A DNA stretch of 64,000 nt from Stylophora pistillata (lineage: Eukaryota): NCBI RefSeq assembly GCF_002571385.2, contig NW_019217812.1, positions 261,021-325,020 of the forward strand, written 5' to 3'. Below, in pieces: positions 1 through 12,590 of this stretch; the first letter of the stretch is position 1, and each line of letters opens with the position of its first letter. Below the pieces are notes generated by a model. That model worked only from the letters and a program-made list of their open reading frames with translations, did no database searches and was not told where the DNA came from. A program made the translations under genes and the position numbers.

Positions 1-3000
1 GAAGATAAACGTTAGAACGGTGTGCGGACCAAGACGGAAATAGTATGGTGTAAATCCTTTCCACAACGCGAAAATCCCTTCCTGACGGATCACTCTTACA
101 AAAACGTCCTGAAACAAAAGCAAAAGAGAGAAATAATATTAAGTAATTCACCACGCTTTTTCTCCACTTCAGAGTCTACTTGTGGATTACTGTGAGGACC
201 AAAAACTTGCCGCCGGTAGAGGGAAATTGGGCCTTCCGGCTATAGATGTGTGAAAGAAATTGGAAAAAGAAAAAGATAAAATACATGTCTGATGGACTTT
301 GAACACAAAAGTGGCTACAGATAAATAATAATATTCGAAAAGGGTTCATCGCATTTCTTGAGATAATTAACTTTACAGACCCTTACCAGAGCTCCACGAT
401 ATTCAGGTTTTCCATCGACAATCTTCATATTTTGAATCCTACGAAAAGGTTGAAATGAGTAATGCGTAATGACTCAAACGCTATTAAAACAATTACTTAA
501 AAATGAAAGTTTCAATGTTATTTTGCTACCAAATCCTTCTAATTCTCTCGGGTTATAATTCTACAGCAACTCTAAGATGAATACGTATATACTCAATTTC
601 TTTAACTTTAACAAGAATAGTTTTCACTAACCTAGTCTTGGCGATATCTACAGGCATAGAAGCTAACGTAGTCGCCAAACCACTTATCATACTGGCTACG
701 AAGTGGCACAGCAAATCATCTCTAAAATAAGCTGAAAACACAAACAATAATGTTTAAATTTATTTCAAAACTAATATGATCTTATAGTAAGCTCGAGGTG
801 CAGAAAAGTGACCTAAAATCCTATACGTGATCATCTCATATAAACACGGACGTTTTACTTCTGCACGCCAAATGCACCATCACACATAAAAATTATGTCA
901 TGTATTTAAGATCTTGTTAAAGGCACTGAAAAGTAAGGAAACTAGGGTTTTAAATTCTTTTGGGTTAATAACATGTCCGCAGTTAGAAGTCATTAGGGCT
1001 GAAAGGATTCTATAATTTCAACAAACCTGTGGAAAGTAAGCTTTGTTTAGCTTGAGAGTATGTCGCCAGCTGTGCTGCATTCACAACAACAGCTCGAACA
1101 ACAGTTGGCCCACATCCCTACAAAAGAGTACAAAATAAAGTAAAGCACTGAGACGCCTGTCTGCCAGATATCTACAAATGAGCTTTGTTAAGCTAAGGGT
1201 TGTCAACATTTTACAGCCCTTAAATTAAGTTGGATTAGCAAATACATAAACAGCATGCTGGGGTTAATGAATCCGTTTGTATCAAATCATTCTTACCCTC
1301 CAAAGAGTCAGAATTCCTTCCTCTTTAGTTATTCTGTACAAGGCATTAAACACACTTGTGTATTTGCGCTGTTGTTCTACCGGAAGCCTGTTAAATACAG
1401 TAAAGAATTTACGTCAACAGAATTGGTCCAGTCATGCCTATTAACAAGCAGTTTCCAGGATAGTTGAGTTGAAGGGCAGCATAATTTTTCTTTATTTTCT
1501 ACTTTTGTATATTGGTTATTAATGCTTGATCGCAGCAAAACATCTTTGCTCAAAAAAAGAGAGGTGAGCAAACAAACTGTCTGCATTTTTAAAAATATTT
1601 TTTACGGTGGTGAATAGACGTAGTTTCAGTAATTCAAGGGTTCTATGTTACTTCCCCCTCTTCCTTCTTATTTCCACTAGTGCATCTCTGGTGATGGGCT
1701 CTTGTAAGTAACGTCAGCTTTCATAAGAAATTCGTTTGAATAAAAGCTGATTAATAAAAGTCACTTACGCTTACCAAAATCTACAAGCAAACGTGACCTG
1801 TAGTTTAAAAAATGTAGTTTTTAGCAGTCCTCTCACTCAAGGAGCAAACAGTGCACTGTTGCACCCACATGGTTTCAATTAGAGAGGGAGGATAAAAAAG
1901 ATTGTCAAGTTAGATTTGGATACTTTCTTTACACAATTATAATACTCATCACTAAGTGAACAATGCAGAGTCCAGTCTTGGTGAGTTACAACTCTCATTG
2001 TCATATATGTAGAACAAAAAATATGCCACAAAAAAAAATCCACTTACAATACCAATGATTGTATTATCTGCATCTAGATTTCTTATAACGTTTAAGGTCT
2101 ATATGAACAGTCTTAGTAACGCACCTCCCATCTGAAGTCATTCGTATGAGGGATATCTCTGCTGGTGTACCAATAAATGAGCCCACGGCTCCAGCTGTCA
2201 TTCCTGTATTAAAGCAATGATCACCCTTCAGTTTTAAAAACTTTCACTTGTACCAAGCAAAGTTGAATAAAATTCAGCAATGTTAGGTTCTAATAAATAC
2301 ACTTGCTATATAAAGAATTTTTTCTTGAAGGTGAGACTGCACAAGTCTTCCCCACATCAGTAACTGATAATAGTAATCAACCCTACAACTGGAATCATGT
2401 ATATGTACTAAAATACAGTTTTATACTTTTACAACTTACAATCACTTGCACAATTCAAGAACCTGTGCCACTTTTACCCTTGTTTGGCTACATGTTGTCA
2501 AAAACAGCTAAACATGTTTACACCTTTCACAGTTTAACAAGGCACTAATCCCCCAAATTAGATAAAAATTAAATTGTGGAAGCTTACCACTTACAGGGTT
2601 TGACAATTATGGTAGCCTACTAGCCACAGACTAGTAAAAATTCAGTTTTGGCCAGTGGTTTTTGATTTCCATTAGCCAATTTGGCTAGTAAACAAACTGA
2701 AATTGTCGTAACATCTAAGTTACCACTAGCCACTTGGCTAGTAAGTTGAAAAGTTAATGTCGAGCCCTGACCTGTGCAACTGGTGTAATGACAATTAAAC
2801 AGAAACACTAACCTAGAGCACATTTCATGATGAAAGAGGGTGGAGTTCCATCAGGACTAAACAAAACAAAACACACAATTGAAGTCATTCAAGGCAAAAC
2901 ATAAAAATGTCAATCTAGATACTTTTCCAAACAGTTAACTATGTGTAGCTTATTTGCACAATATAAGAGATAAAATTTTTATATTAACTGCCCGTTAATA

Positions 3001-6000
3001 ATTAAACAAGGAAAGTGGGAAATTAGGAAGCATACTTGAGGGCCCCCATCCTTTGGCCTGCAAGTTCACCTTGCTGGTCCATCTACACTGATAGCCTCAC
3101 TCTAAATCAAAGGCTTGGCAACTAAGTACACAACTGTGAAATGGCCTATTTTTAGTTAAGGATGAACAACAAATTCTTTATTCTGGACAAGGCCATGACA
3201 TGGAAGGACAGCAAGGTTTAGTAATTAAGTAATGTTTTAAAAAAAGGTCAGAAAGATCCCCATATGTGTGAAATATGAATCTGACACACAGTTACATCTT
3301 CAGCACAGAAAACACTGTCATAATCATGATAAGTGAATGGATCTGGGATTTGAAACAGGGCCTGGCATTTATAATTCTATAGTGCTATTTTGAGCAGATT
3401 TGACAATTTTCATTTTCCAATTCACCTCAAACCACATGATGATAAGGAAAGTGCTTTTATGCCAAAACTTGTGTCAGAATTTAAGAGAGCAGAAATATTT
3501 ATTAATCATTTCAAGCTCTTTATACAAAGACTTTGATTACTACTTATTTGAAAACACTTCAGTCAAGCATTGATGTGCTGTAAAACACATAAAAAGGAGC
3601 ATTGTGACAGGCTTTCCAGACAGGGGTTTCAATGAGAGCCAGCAATTGGTAAAATTTGTAGTCTGTGTCAAGCAAAATCACGGACTGTTTTCCCTGAAAT
3701 CAACAACAATAGAGTAGAAATCATGCTTCCATTAGCTGCCTACTTTGCAGTTTTTGCCATCTACTTCAAAACTTATTGAAACCCCTGTCAGGGTATGGTG
3801 TACATGTAGATCTAAGGACTATCTTTATAGTAACGTTTCAGAGAGTTCTGACACTGTTTGGAAAACTTTAAATTTGTTTCACCAACCTCTTAAATCTTTC
3901 CATGAGTGAAGTAAACACACCCAGTCGTGTTGTTGTATAAGTTGCTTGTCTTAACAGACCAGCAGATAATCTGTACAGAAAAATGTTAACTTATTCCAGG
4001 CCTGAAAGTCATTCATGTCACAAAGAGACAGTTGAGTTATCAAACACAGCAAAATATAATAGTTACAAAGACCACAGGTGAGATATTCTCCTTATTCAAG
4101 AACTAACCCATTATAGACACCAAAAACTCCTTCTTGTCTCAGAATGGAGGCAATTGCATGTAGACTACTTTTGTGAGCTTTTGCAGCACCACCAACCCCT
4201 AGACAAATAATGAGACACACGTAATGCTGACAGGTCAACAAGCAATTGAAATATTTAAAGACAAGGCTCCCTGTATGTGGGGGTATAGTGTATCAATATT
4301 AACCTCCTAAAGTCCAACTTTATAACTGTTCCATAGTGACAATTTCTGAACACCTCTTACAACACTGAAAAATAATCATTGCCTTTCCAATTAGCTTGCC
4401 AACTGCTACATTAATCCAACATTACCATAAAACTAGAAAGGAATTAACATTCAGTTGGTTATTATAATCCAAGATAAGCTTAAATCCTTATGAATAAGAA
4501 ACCTCAGATGATATCACATGGGAAACAAAATTTAATTCAGACAAAATTTAAATGAAATTGATGTAACTGACTGAGATGTTCATTTTGCAATTATTCCTTG
4601 AACGTGCGTCGGATATGAGATGGTTAATAGCCAACAGGGGCATAGCGCTGAAGTAGCTATAGCCAATCAATTTCGTATCCAACGAGCAAGAATGGAACTG
4701 TTTTATTAAATTAAATTATCCACACTACATTGGAGAAGTGTTTGTTTTAAGCCAAAAGTAAATGCAGCTTAGCAACCCTTGCATAAATCATTCTTCATAT
4801 GGGTTGATAACTGTAATTGAGTGGACCAATAAGAACACTGGAAATGCAATATCTGGAGTTTAAAATTAAAAATAACAAATATGTGCTCACCACTCATCTG
4901 CATCCTGTTTTTGACTAAATCCAGTGGCTGTACAAACACAGTTGCACCCATTCTAGTAAATAATAATAACAATAATAATAATCATATTAATAAATTCAAA
5001 TACTTGATTTCTGTGAAACTATCCAATTGTTCACCCATTTTGTCAAGTTGATTGAGCATATTGTAATTTAGCAGTCAAAATCTAATGTAGACCAGCTGTG
5101 ACACAGACTGACTACCTCGTAACCATAGGGATACATTTAGTTTTATGCATTTATCTTTAGGAATAGCACATTTGATTAGGTTCTACAATAACTCTAACCA
5201 GCTCTTTAATCTATTAACTTTAAATATACAAGAGACAGGGCCTACCCCATACAGTTCTCATTCAAGAGTCTAGGATGTCCACACATATCTTGAGATCAAT
5301 GCAAAGACAGCACATTCTCCTTTGTTGTTGTGAGACCCAGAATGTTGGTCTAGTCAGTTTAAGGCTGGAACTCTAAACCTCTCAGTAAGCAGTTGGCTAC
5401 TCTCCTGATTAAGGTAGCTATTGTCAAACTGCAATTTCATTGATGTAGATTGTGAGTGTTTTCCTCCACAATCTTATTATGGCAAAGTGGTTGCTTAATA
5501 GGCTTAACTTTATCAAAATGTTATGCAGCAATTATTGCTGTCCATTTGCAAGGCAAGCTCTTTGGACAATAAGTTAGTAGCATTATAGCCACTTCCATTA
5601 AAGCTGAGTGTTACTGCTTCCAAGAGAAGCTGCAAAATATTTTCAGGTTTGATAAACGCCTCCATGATTAGTTCCTTTTAGAAAAAAAATTAAGGTTAAA
5701 GTATCGGTTCAAAATAAGACCTGGGGTAATCAAGATTGTTTCAAAACAGAAGATGAGTTAGACCATAATACTGGATAAAGTAGTCAAGACCACGAACATT
5801 GGTAAGTAACAAGTTATTTTGTGATTATGTTAACTTGTAGTTGTGATTCAAAGTGAAACTTATCACTAGATTTTTACTCTTCTTGTTTCCTTTAATTGCC
5901 AGGTGCTTGTTGCCCATATTGACATTACTCTTAAAGCTAAGATCACATAATACAACAGGTAATTTCTTCATGTACTGATTTCAGTTGACCGCTTCGATAT

Positions 6001-8498
6001 AAGAATGCCTTAAAGAATAGGAAAAGAATAAAGTAAGAAAAGATCTTATATGGTTTCAGTGTTTATCACACACAAGTGTATCAACCCAGGAATCAAGTGC
6101 CAATTCTAACTTGAAAGGAAAAATTTACAAATGTTTCTGGACTCTACATATGACAGTAAAGTAGATATGCAAGCTCTTCATGAGACTTGGCTCACTGACA
6201 ACAACACAGCCATCATTGGTGAATTAAAACCAGACGCTCTACCATTGTCATTGTGGTGATCATTGTAGTAGTAGAACTAAGCACCAATCATTAAGGAATA
6301 CTCAGACATTCAGAAAGAGTCTGTCACTGGGACAGAGCCCACCAAAGAAGGATCATATTTGCTTTTATAACATAATGAACATACAACCCATTGTCTGATT
6401 GGTCAATTCAGTCACTATGCTATTAGGTTGAAGGGCTCACTGTCATCTCCATTAAGGTTGTTTCACCAGTAGAAAACAATCTCTATTTCAACCAATTACA
6501 AAAAGAAATCCTATTCCTTAGAGAAGTATACACTCAGTCTAACACATTCAGTTTTAGGTTGCTACCATGCTCTCATTGGTGCTTCTACACAAGCTGGTTT
6601 AAAATGACAACCTACAAAGATGCTGTTGTTTCCCTTAAGTATAGTGTATTTGCCCACAAACAAAGCATTTGATTGTTGAATAATGGCAGGTCCTCTAACT
6701 GTCACAAAAACTAGCCTGTTATTGAAAATCAAACACAGACCTATGAAATCAAATGTTGGTCATGTGATAGAAGCTTTTTGATAACTATCAATAGAACAAG
6801 TGCGTGATCTAATACACACATACAGTTACACTAACTGGACCTGGTAAAAGTTTCAAATTTCAACTATATGAAACTGCAGTGACCACAAAGATATTTGAGA
6901 GAAAGAATACACTGATAGTGGTAATTAGCCTGCTAACCAGTCCTATTAACACTGTTTTCGCAACTTTCTTTGTAACATGTGTGGTGCTACCAGTCAACTG
7001 TACACAGAAAAACACAAGACTAGAAACTTCAACTGGTCCTGAACACCAACTGTTGCCACTTGAAGGCTGATATATTCCACAAAAGTCAACTGCTCTCCCT
7101 CAAATTTCCACCCACAAGAGTGCTTTGCTAATACCTACCTGTTCCAGCAGCAGAAGTTTCCAAATTCCACTGCATCAATCAGAGAGCTACTCTGTTTTAC
7201 CACCCATTCTGGTTAAATTGCTTTGTAGGATGTGCAATCCTTTTGCCCTTACTATGAGTGAATTACATGCATGACTCCCCAGATGGTGTTGTTTGAAAAT
7301 ATAGCAAATGTAACAACATTTCCATTGATCCCCTGGAGAGTCTTTATTTGGTCAGATGCACTTTGATATTTGAATCCCACAAAGCAATTTAGTCAGAATG
7401 GGTGGTAAAACAGAGCCGCTCTCCGATGGATGCAGCGGAATTTGGAGACTTTTGCCACTGGAACAGGTAGGTATTAGCAAAGCACTCTTGCAAGTGGAAA
7501 TTTGAGGGAGATCAGTCCACTTTTGTGGAATTTATCGGCCTTCAAGTGGCGACAGTTGGTATTTGGAAGCACCATGTGTGTTACAAAGAAAGTCGCCAAA
7601 ACAGCATTGATAGGGCTGTAAACGACAAAGTGGCTACGGAAAAAAGGTAAGGAGACTTCATGCTTTATATTCCTCCCTTTAATTATCCTTTTTAATTGTT
7701 CTTAATTTTTTTAATAGTTTTCCTTTTTTTAACGGCCCATGCTTATGCTTAAAATTCAATGTTAATCTGTTGTATATTCCTGTTGATGACTTTTAGACCC
7801 CAAAATCACACACAGTACGCTAATTCGCTTTTTTTTAAGGGCCCATGCTTATGCTTAAAATTCAATCTTAATCTGTTATATATTCCTGTTGATAACCTTT
7901 AGACCCCAAAATCACACACAGTACGCTTGGGCCGCCTGTGATTTTAGTGACATCTATTCATGTCGGATTGTCTATTTCTAACTAGCGCGCATCAAAATAA
8001 GTGTAATTCGATTGATCAAGTAGTGTCACATAAACAACAACATATAGCAATATACTCAGAGTCCTGCATCAGGTAGGTTTTAACGACCCTGAGTCAGCAA
8101 TATCTAAACCTAGCGAAGTTAAGGGTAACGATGTACAATAGTAACCAACTGAGATTCTATTTATCACAAGATTATCATGTGAAACAACAGACGAACTGTC
8201 TGATCATTTCAGAATAACATTAAACAAAGGTTGTTGATCTCTTGATCAACTTCACATTTACACATGCACGATGCGTTACGTGGTAAACCATGAAAACCTT
8301 GAAATTGATATCAAACAAAAGAGAGTGCCACGTACAATTACTTCATATTCATGACAACTGGCGCGCGATTGCAAGTTGGTCGCGATCTTGTGGGTATTCA
8401 CCTCACTCAGATGAGCGCCAAATCAATACTCACCCAGCTGATCCACCCATGATGAATCTGGCATAGTTTGGAATGTACCCTAGCTTTTTCTCACCCAT
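1..8498 (-). CDS. SLC25A11: Mitochondrial 2-oxoglutarate/malate carrier (SLC25 family), multi-exon, last exon runs off the window start
   Basis: Phase-consistent GT-AG exons on minus strand: 8498-8434, 4952-4891, 4198-4108, 3970-3887, 2856-2813, 2203-2125, 1387-1297, 1117-1027, 731-632, 438-387, 108-<1. Translation includes MGATVFVQPLDLVKNRMQMSG, GLSAGLLRQATYTTTRLG, GTPAEISLIRMTSDGRLP, LWRGCGPTVVRAVVVNAAQLATYSQAKQ, SMPVDIAKTRIQNMK and WKGFTPYYFRLGPHTVLTFIF. These contain three PX[DE]XX[KR]X[RK]-type carrier signatures and OGC-specific motifs. Confidence 0.95.
4588..4702. repeat. Degenerate copy of a palindromic interspersed repeat (same family as 53849-53964)
   Basis: caattattcc...ggatatgagatg...tagccaac...gcatagcgc...tatccaacgagcaagaatggaa aligns to the near-perfect palindrome at 53849-53964. 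Confidence 0.7.
6938..7618. mobile_element. Fold-back/MITE-like element with long imperfect inverted repeats in SLC25A11 intron 1
   Basis: Arm ~6938-7235 (e.g. aagagtgctttgctaatacctacctgttccag, ctctgttttaccacccattct) is the reverse complement of arm ~7372-7618 (agaatgggtggtaaaacagag, ctggaacaggtaggtattagcaaagcactctt), with a ~135 nt spacer. Confidence 0.75.
7734..7927. repeat. Direct tandem duplication of ~88 bp
   Basis: ggcccatgcttatgcttaaaattcaat...tagaccccaaaatcacacacagtacgct occurs at ~7734-7821 and ~7840-7927. Confidence 0.85.
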
Positions 8499-11028
8499 AG
8501 CTTTAGTACTGAACAAAGTGTTACGACGTGAGTTAGCTTTACTTTGAGTTCCACTCTGTTCCACTCGGTCGATCTAGTGGGAGAGAGAGAGAGAGAGTAT
8601 ACGTAACTACCGCTGACCGCTTTGTGACACCGCCGTGCCGTGAAGGAACCATCGGTCGACTGTTTGCGAGTCATTAGAGACATTTGTGAGATTTAGCACC
8701 ACCTTCACGCGAAGAGGAAAAAAACAGCTTGCCCTTTTGCGTTTCACGTAAAACAGCGTGAATCTTGCTGCTTTAACTTCGCGTGAGCTCATGTTAGGGT
8801 GCATTCGAAGGCGCCCTTGTATGACGTGCAAGGAATAATTTCGGTGCCCTTTTTCCGGCAATTAACCTCTACTCTAGGAGAGAAAAGAGAAGACTGAAAA
8901 TCTTATGTACACGGCAAACGCGAAACACTTTACTTTCGCGTACTGAAACGGCAAAGCGCAACCCGCAAACGTGAAAAAAATGGCGGGAAAACAAGGTCAC
9001 GTGGTCACTGTTGCCGTTCACCTTTCACGACCACGTAAACTCGGTGCTAAATCTCTCTATTGGCAGCATCGGGGTTCACACTGAAAACAAAGTACAATCA
9101 ACTCTCTTTCCGTTATCTCCAATTATTATATACTTGGAAAGGGGAGAAGTTGCTCCGAGTTCCGAGGGTTCCACGTGATTTCTAAAGATAATTGAGATCG
9201 TAAGATATGAAGGACAGTCTGATGGAGTCCACTGGCTCACCTCACTCAACGCTTGACTGGTCAAGCGCTTCCTTTCTCCTCGGATTCACCGTTTCTTTGT
9301 GTGCAGACTCGGGGACAAATTAGTGCAAAGGGAAGAAAAGTCAGGTTAAAAAAAAAGTTATGCACATGAACTAAGACAAAAAACAACAAAGAATCCTGTG
9401 CTCAGATCATATGCGATTGCTCCTTCGGATGAAGAGAAACCAAAATTGTTGTGCATTCGAGGTTTCTTCTGCCTGAGATGATCAATAGTAAGACATTGAA
9501 TTTACTGATACATAACGTCAACTTGGTTATTTAGTGAATCTGTTAAAAAAATCGCGTTGGATTTCGTTGGATGCAGTCTTATTACATGGCCGGACAAATA
9601 GAAACCACGCACACTTATGATGGTATGCATGTGGTTTTGACGTGAGAACATCTCAATGGAAATTGAGGTGTCTTTGACGGCCGACTGTCACATACTAGAC
9701 AGTAAAATCGTAATCCTTTTGATGGTTGACAGTTCATTATCATACAAATTAAGGCAGCTATTTAGTTTCTGAATGCACTACTGCTTAGTACTGAATCTGC
9801 GTTTGACAGGAGCATCATTATTCGTATGATTCGTTTTTCAAGTAAAATAATAATTATACAATTTTATCAACCCTAATTTTTCTCGCTCAAAAGCTTCTTC
9901 ACCGAGTCATTAAATTGACCGAACATTTCACTATTTTTATGGTTGTGTGATTGCAATTTGGTATTTGTAGGGCCTTGAAGAGCCCACCACACCTGCATGC
10001 GTTTTTGTTTAGAAGCGGTTACTTTTCAATACGTTTTGGCCTTCCGTCCAAACCAAAACGCTTGAGAACGATGCGTTTTAGGTTAGGGTGGTAGGACTCA
10101 TGAGAGACGTGATTACTACGAAAGCCTGAGTGGATCACGTCGTGTTGAAGCTAAAGGTCACATTTGTCTCGTAAGAAAGTCCCGACCATAATTCCTTATT
10201 CGAGGGTTGTGAGTCGATACACCTATGCAACTGAGCTCCCAAAATAGCTTCAGTAAAGTATTTTTGCAGATAAGAGCATAATCCTCCATTATTGTGCAAT
10301 CAAAGTGGCTTTCTAAGAGTTTAGAAACTCATATTATACTACATATTGACGAACACGTTCTGGTCACGCAATGTCCGAAATTTATCTTAAATACACCTTC
10401 TATCTCCGATTCAACAGCAACGCTCGAAATGATATGCCAACGGTGGCCGATAATATTTTCCAATTTATTCAGAACATGACACCTACTACAAATGATAAAC
10501 AAGAGTTGCGTGGTTCGCAATACTTGTCTTCCTTCTGTTTTCCGTTCTGTCTCAGTTTGTATGAACTGATTATATATTCAACGGTTCGTTTATCGCAGTC
10601 ATGAAATCGTTACACGCAAGTAAAGTGAAAGTCACGAATTTGGTTTTGTTCATTGCTGTCCCAGATGAAAACTTATCCGAATAGTGATACAGCCGGCATT
10701 ATATGATGAAATTGTAAACTCCAAATCGAACTTACGAGTAGGTTCTTGAATGTCATGGAAACCGTGACCCCGATAAATATGGGATCAGTTTAGCAAACAT
10801 GACTGCAATCATGCAATGTCACGTCTCAATGAATTTTCGTGATCAAATCTTCGATCACGAAGATCAAGGATTTTTTCCTATCCATCATTTTCAATAATAC
10901 GGACTGTAAATCAAAATTTCTGGAGAGATTTATACCCAAGAGAAACCTTCGCTACTTTGTAGTGTTTCTCGAAGCGGCAATGTTTACGTCCGAGCGGGAA
11001 TTTCATCACGTCGACCGCAACGCCCGAA

Positions 11029-12556
11029 TGACGTCAACTTGAACTCACGCAAACATGAAAAACCCACGCAGAACGCGCGCGTATTACACTCAAGTCACAA
11101 ATTTGTCGGGGAGTATGACCTGCGAATGTTGTAGGGGAGGGTTGGGACTAAATGGGCATGGAGACGAAGGGGAAGTGAGGAGTGTTTTGCAGTTAAATGC
11201 ACAGCGATCGTCTGGACGACATTTTATTACGCCAAAACTGACGATTACTTTAGGCGCTGGAGGATACTTTTTCATCCTTTTGGATTTCCTTTGCTCTGAA
11301 GAACATGTCCTCATCAAAAAAGCAACTAACCGTAATTTTTTAATCATTTCACGAATTTTAGGCAAAATTTAACATGAACGTAATAAGTGAAGGCTGAGGT
11401 AAGTGCAAAGGACTTCTGCAATTTATCATTCGATTGCGTGTAGTTCATTCATGCGTTCAGCATTGTAGAAAAAATTTAACTGCTTTTAGCCATGATCACC
11501 GGTTCGATAAAACCTTGGATTATCAGTTCCTTATGCTTATTCTGTTGGTCACGAAACAGGTTTTAAGTCATGCCATGATTGATCGAAAATAAGCCACACG
11601 ATTAAGTAACAAATGATTTGAACTAAAATTTACAACAGTTTACTTTACCGTTTTGGTCGTTCTGCTGTACACAGCGAACACATGTTATTCTTATGCTCTA
11701 TTGAACCTGTGCTAAAATCACCTGTTTCACTTAGAGTCAATGTCCTCCTTGCTATTGAACGATTAAATATTGATTGCCATACAACTTTGACGCTGATAAC
11801 AGTTGAATGGAATTCGCTTCGGTTTCGAATTTAACAAAAAAAAAAAGAATCTTTGGGGAAATCTCGTTTTAACGCGCCCATAATCTTGTTAGAGAATGAT
11901 AATTTTCAGTTTCTCATCTCGAAAATGAAAAATGCTTTTATTTCATTGAAGCGTTGAACACGGACAACAGACGGCCCCATGATTATTCCCGTTTCCGGGA
12001 GAACGCGTTTTCACGCAAACCGGAAGTCGGTATGAAACTCGTGTAATACACGTTGTAAGCCATTCACGCTTGACTGGCTATGACGCATGCGTGAAGCTCT
12101 CCATTCATATGTTCGAGGATATAAATAACATTGTACTGAACATTTTCATAGCACAACAAAGGTCATTCATCGGTCGCTTGAAAGGAGTGTCGGAAAAAAC
12201 TCTCATTCATTTTTTAGAAGAACTGGTAAGTTACAAAATTCGTCTTCTAAAGTTTAGCCAAGAATTTACCGCTGTCTTAGTTAAAGCCAACCACATTCAG
12301 CGAGAAATTACGTGAGTCAATTTGGACAAGCACGCACGTATTTCATGCGTGTTTTGATTCCGTTGAATAGAACGTTCTTTTGAAACAAGTCGGGACGCTC
12401 GAAAAATTTTTGACCGGAGGAAAAGTTGTGAAATCTTGACTCTAAGAAAGTTTGAATGATAGGAAGAACTTAGAACCAGTGATCAACCCGAGAAACCTAC
12501 TTGAGAATATTTACAAGAGTGCGTCAAGCCTCCACGTTGGATCCTTTACATCCCAG
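11029..12556 (+). promoter_or_regulatory. Probable SPSB promoter and 5'-UTR region with two candidate non-coding first-exon donors
   Basis: Full CRE TGACGTCA at 11029-11036; consensus donors GAG|gtaagt (11398/11399) and CTG|gtaagt (12225/12226); ETS-like CCGGAAGT at 12020-12027; acceptor tcccag| ending 12556, just upstream of the ATG at 12591. Confidence 0.4.
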
Positions 12557-12590
12557 TTACACTTCTCTCTTCTACTATCCCTTTCTCGAC

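Noticed and set aside
1700-1960. Intronic box C/D snoRNA in SLC25A11
   Set aside because: A box C-like TGATGA occurs on the minus strand near 1950, but there is no box D at a suitable distance and no terminal stem.
12501-12590. N-terminal extension of the SPSB ORF from TTG 12501
   Set aside because: A splice acceptor lies at 12556, and the family-typical start is MG at 12591.
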